From assembly GCA_963728565.1 (NCBI GenBank), contig CAVSLC010000018.1:84192-148191 (forward strand): a stretch of 64,000 nt of DNA. Direction: 5' to 3'. Within the stretch, counting starts at the first letter, position 1; each line of letters opens with the position of its first letter. A program made the position numbers and the translations under genes. The notes under the pieces were generated by a model. It had not been told where the DNA came from. It made no database searches and saw only the letters and a program-made list of their open reading frames with translations. This stretch comes from an uncultured delta proteobacterium. GTDB lineage: Bacteria; Desulfobacterota; Binatia; UBA9968. Positions 59,074 to 64,000 of this stretch are shown piece by piece.

Positions 59074-62000
59074 CTTTCGGGCACGACGTGAACGATGTCG
59101 GCGTCGTCCCAACGGGTCGGCAGATCGACAAAGTCGACCGGGCTGCCGGCCTGCGTGCGGATGCGAACAAACAGGCCGTTGATCGAGTTGCTGACCAGGA
59201 AGTTGTCGTGGATGTCCGGGCCGATGCGGCGGTTGTCGAACGAGATCGACGGAACAGGCCGTCATCGTCAAAGGAGTTGGGATCGGCGGAAATCCCGGCG
59301 GTGCGCTCAGTTGGATGTCGTTGTAGGAGAGCGTGGGACGCGCGGTGGAGACTTGAATCGGGTCGTAAACCTCTTCCACCGAATCGACAAAGACTTTGCC
59401 GCCGCCATACTTCATGCGGGCGTGATTGACATAATTCAAATAGACGGGCATGGCCAGGTTGAGCGGGTTGGCCGTGCTGCCCAGGGGGAGAGAAAATCGC
59501 GCTCGTGATCGGAGTCGTCGCGATAGACGATGCCGCCGTATCGCCGCCCAGGGGGCCGCGTGGAAGGGCCGTCGTCATTGCCGCCCACGGTGTCGTCGGC
59601 CCAGGAAGTAAACACCACCGGCGTGTTGGGCGTGCCGAGCACTTGGATCGCGCCGCCGCTTCGGGATAGCAGGCCTTGCGAGGTCGTGCCCGCATTCAGG
59701 TCGCGCGCCGCATCTTGAACGTCGCGCCGGCGTCGATCATCAACGTCACATTCTGCGGAACCCGGATTTCGCCGCCGTCGCCAGTTGGGCAGCGGCGTAG
59801 TGCGGTTGGCATCCGCGAACCCCACGCGGTATTCCGTGTTGTCGTCAAACGTGTTCGGGTTGCCTCGGTACCGCCGTTGCCCATAACGCGGACGATTTTT
59901 CTCGCGGTCGATGTGTTGGCGGCGTTCAGTGCTTGCGTCAGGTTGGTGTAGGGATTGGTGATCGTCCCCAAAACGCCGGTGGGCGAGTTGGGAGGCGTCT
60001 TATCGACGTAAATCGTGTTCGTGGCGGTGTTCGACTGGAACCAGAACTGATAGGTGCCGCCGGGAACGCCATCTGCGTCGCCGTCGAAGGCGACATTGGT
60101 GGGTCGCGCATCGAGGTCGTGCCGCGTCGGGCTTGAGCGTCATGCTCAGGCTGTACGCCCCCTCGGTGCGGCCCTCCATGCCGCTGTCGAGGATGGCCGG
60201 ATTGAATTCCGTGTTTCCGACGCTCGTGACGGCGATGAAATACGTGCCGGTGCTCGAGCTGAACCTCCAGATAGGAATCGTTGCCGTAGTAGTCGTCGTT
60301 GCGGGCGATGACGCGTTTTGCCGCACCGTGGCGTCGATCCTGCTTGTAAAGCGTCAGCACCGTGTTCAGCAGGCTGGAATCGGGCAGCCGCTCGGCGACG
60401 GTCTCCGCGCGGAACAGGCCGCCCCGGAGCGACCGCGAACCGGAACAGGTCGATGTCGCGGCCTTCAGGACGGTGCACAGCCTGGCCATAGACGATGTCG
60501 GGGTCGCCGGGAAAGACGGTTCGCCATTCTGGGCACCTGGTCATTCACTTCCCCGCCGTTCATGATCGTCAGGCTGGGGCTTCGAAGTTGTCCCCCAGCC
60601 CAGCACGTGGCCGATCTCGTGCATGATCGTGCGGAAGTAGACCGCCGCTGTACTGCGCACTTCCACGAGACGAGCGAGTTGGCCAGGGCCAGGTTGCGGG
60701 AAATATTGAGCAACCGCCACGTTCCGCCTCCCGCATAAGCGCCATTGGCAGTGGAGCCGATCAGCGAGAAGCGGTTCTGATCGATGACAGCAATCGCCAC
60801 GTGCCATTGGCGCTGCTATTGGAATCCGCCGGTCGGGCCGGTCTAAGCCCCCGTAATTTGCACCACCGAGCCGCTCTTCAGCCCGTGATTGGCGCTGGTG
60901 ATGACAATGGAGCTGAGTGTTGAGCGTTGAATGCAGGCGTCGGCCGCGGCAGTGATCGCGCCGGTCGTCGAGGTGTGCAGCTCGGGCGTGATGACCGCGT
61001 TGCTGGGGATATTGTGATCCCGGCAATGCCGTGACCCCGTATCGGCGTTGCCGGTGCCCGTGGAGATCGTGGGGGCGACGGCGGCGGCTCGCCGGTGGCG
61101 ACGGTCATATCGGCGATTTCGCCTGCGGCCACTTCGCGGAACTGCACCCCCAGATAGCGGCTCCACAATTCCATGCCCTCACGCTGCTTGCGCGCTTTGT
61201 TGTCGGTGATGGCGTTGAAAAATTGCTGTCCGTCCGGCGAGAAGCCATACACAATTGAAAGTCGTAGGTAATGGTCTCAATGCCGGAGCTCGGAACGGGA
61301 ATTCGGCCGGGAAGGGTCGTAAAGTGGCTTTGGAAGGGAATGTTCCGATCGCCTGGTGCGTCGCCCACGCGGGAACTGCACGCCATATTCCTGGGCCGAT
61401 TGCGGCTGGAGCTGATTCGGCCGCCGGTGATGTTCCGGCCGGCAGTGCCCAGCACGCCTACATCGGTGGCCGTCTCGAAGCTGGAATCCTGTTCATCGTG
61501 ACCGTGTCGTCGAGCGTCTGCGGCAGATCGCCAAAGGTGACTTGGATCGAGTAACCGCCGGTCGACTTCCGCCTGTGGCGCCGCTCCATCCAGGGCGACA
61601 TAAGAGTTGTTGCCTTCCGCCGAGATGCCGACGTAGTAAGTGCCCGCCTCCAGGTGACGAGGGTGCCCGATTCGGCCTGGCCGATGCCGCCGCTGTTGGT
61701 AAACGGCACGTCGGTCTCCCCGTCGGCTTCGAAAATGCGGACGCGGGCGTTGAGCGGGGCTACCGGTGGCGCTGTCGAGGGAGTGACGTTGACCGAGAAA
61801 TCGGTCTGGGAGTGAACTTCGAAGCGGTACAGATCGACGTCGTTGGCCGCTTGCGACCAGGAAGATGTTGTCGCCGATAAACGCCTGAATCGGCGAGGCC
61901 ATGCCGTTGCCGACGTGCTGCGTGTTGCCGTTGAACTGACCTTTTCGATGTCCCTCGGCTCGGTGGTGGTGCCGACTTCGAGCTTATAGGTGCCCGCGGC

Positions 62001-63486
62001 GAATCGGGGCCGGCGAACTTCAGCGTGACCTTGGAATGCTCGTGGCCGAATCGATGACCGGGGCGAGACCGATTGCGGCAGCGTGATGCCGCCGACTTTC
62101 ACGTCGGTTGTCCCGTCGAATGATCGGCCGCAATTTCTTCGCCGTCGGCACCCGGGCCGAAATCCGAAAATCGTCAAAGGCGGCGTTGCTGGGTTGCAAT
62201 CCCGGTATAATCCGCGCCAATCGCCATGTCGGTTTCGCGTAAACGCCGAAATCATAGGGCTGGACGTGAAGGTCCCCCGCGAGCTGCTCCGTCCACGAAC
62301 AGAGACATCTCATTGACGGTCTCGTTCCTAGTCGCTGCGACATGATGCCATTCGCCCGCCACCCAATCGCTGATATCGAAATTCACTCGGAACTGAAATC
62401 GATTTCTAAGCCTCCGGTGTTCGGATCGTCGCCCCAGGATAAAGCTCAAGTTGTTAAGGCGTATCCGTGGAGCCAGCATTCCGTTGTTGGCGCGTCGCCA
62501 ACCTGGTAAAATATTCGTTTCGTTCCATCGGAATTCCGTTGGGCTTGATCCAAAACTCCACGGTGCCTTCGGACCGGGTCATGTTGCCGGCCTGCGGATA
62601 GATGGCGTCTCCCGCTCGCTCCAAAGTCGACGGCCTGACCCGTTGGCCAGCGACAAACGAAGTGCCCGATGCTCGAAGTGGGAGTTTCACCGTCGGCGCC
62701 GTTTAACGAGCCGTTGAAGTGCAACAGCAGGCTCGTGTCGGCGTCGTTGGCCAACTCCACGCCTGGAATGGCCGGGTTGGCCGTGTTGATCAGCCGATAG
62801 AAGCGGGGCTGCGAATGTCACCGTTGAGCGTCTGGTCGAAATAGACGTCGATCGTGTCGTAGCTCTGCTGTTCAACGTTCAGACTGCCGCGCGTGATCGC
62901 TGTGGGACCACGGCTTCGATTTCGCCCCAGGTCAAGCCGGAAGGAGATCGACCTGATTGGCAGCCGCGCCGTTGACGATAAACGGAATCCCGCTGGTGTC
63001 TTTCAGTCGCGGATCGGTCGTGCTGCCGGAGGGCTGCAGGCCGACGAGCGTGACTTGATACAAGTCGTCCGGCAGATTTCGCAAACCGCATCACGACTTC
63101 GCACCCCGTGTCGCCCAAACCGATGAACCCGGGACGTGACCGACACATCTGCCGTGGCGCCGATGCCCCGAAAGCGCCGCCGCCATGCCGCTGCGCAGAC
63201 CTGAATGCCGGTGGCCAGCGTGGCCGGATCGATGGAGCTTCCCTGGGCGAACAGAAACGTGATCTCGCGCGGGGCACTTGGAGAACGTTGTTCTCCAAAA
63301 AGACGCCGCTATTCGGGACCACCGAAACCAGCGAAGGTCCCACGGCGAACAACCGGCGGTCTTCCAGCGACTCCAAATGAAGGTGACGCTTTTTCGCGAC
63401 GGGTTTTCGTCCGACAGCCCGCGAGTACGTCGGCCCGGCGGCTTCGTTTAAGTTCAGAGAGTGATTTCGAAGGGCGGAGCAGCCAT
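59060..63486 (-). pseudogene. Frameshift-riddled 5' part of a giant Planctomycete-type extracellular protein (LExLExRxL N-terminus, LamG-like, PPC repeats, HExxH metalloprotease); probably an intact gene in low-accuracy sequence
   Basis: ATG 63486 behind GAGG. Fragments across frames: RHLHLESLEDRRLFAVGPSLVSV, EGTVEFWIKP, WHHVAAT, DVDLYRF, GTYYVGIS, TIMHEIGHVLG, VIARNDDYYGNDSYL, GGAIQVLGTPNTPVVFTSWADD, WDDADIVHV. Confidence 0.8.
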
Positions 63487-64000
63487 GAAGGAACCTCAAA
63501 ACTTGGCGCTGCCCCTTCTGCAACCCCCGCTGCCGATGGGAAACCAAACTTGCTAACTGGGATTTTCCGGACGAATCGTACCGCGGAGTCGTCATTCGCC
63601 GCAAGGTGGTAGCGGCCAACGAATTGCGGCGGGCGTAAAACGAAAAAACCACGGAACAATCACCCCAGACTGACAATCTCGGATTATAGTTGCACCCGAT
63701 CCCCATGCAACGAAATTGCAGTCTGGGCGTGCCCACCAGCAGGCCGGCGAAACGGCTAGACCGGCTTTGACGCCTTTACCGGGTGTAAAGTTCCAGTTGG
63801 CGGATGAGCATTCCTCACGAGGCAGTCGCCCCACGAGCCATTCAGCAGCCGACCGGCTGCAACGACGGGCTTGAATGATACCGCCGCAACTGACCACTCC
63901 AACCCCTACCCCCCCGCCTGCCATTTGCACGGGATATCCACTATTTCGCTATTCTATAAAATTTCAGTTTTATACATGATAACAATACTCTATACGGGGG

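Noticed and set aside
59074-64000. Dozens of short overlapping ORFs as separate genes, or programmed frameshifting
   Set aside because: They are out-of-frame pieces of one gene. Indels are dense and not at slippery motifs, which fits low-accuracy sequence.
1-64000. CRISPR arrays, tRNA/rRNA genes, transposases, prophage genes
   Set aside because: No regularly spaced repeats, cloverleaf or rRNA signatures, or mobile-element motifs were seen by eye.

Overview
The window has two parts of different origin. Bases 1 to about 59,065 are a clean, gene-dense bacterial chromosome segment. Its gene repertoire (paralogous amidohydrolases, orphan SsuA/NMT1-type and PF04392-type substrate-binding proteins, an LLM oxidoreductase, sigma-54 systems) suggests a Candidatus Binatia/deltaproteobacterial-type organism; that assignment is inference. 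In order it holds: an LLM/amidohydrolase/SBP/SDR catabolic patch; a sigma-54 promoter with tandem upstream boxes driving a secreted beta-propeller plus a type-1 copper cupredoxin, followed by an SBP, a Cache-HAMP histidine kinase and an NtrC-type activator; an alpha/beta hydrolase, a JAB peptidase and an SLT; a UbiD decarboxylase resembling phthaloyl-CoA decarboxylase; an MFS-spermidine synthase-TPR fusion with an internal insert; proC; a ydbH/ydbL-like pair; a polyproline OmpA-family lipoprotein; glycerate kinase; a glgA-glgC-GH57 operon; and a ~22 kb sigma-54/RfaH-like-led Wza/Wzc polysaccharide locus with many tailoring enzymes. At about 59,065 the sequence switches in mid-gene to a more GC-rich, heavily frameshifted minus-strand gene for a giant Planctomycete-type extracellular protein, which is most likely an assembly chimera. 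I found no rRNA, tRNA, CRISPR array or transposase. All family assignments come from motif recognition; no searches were run.
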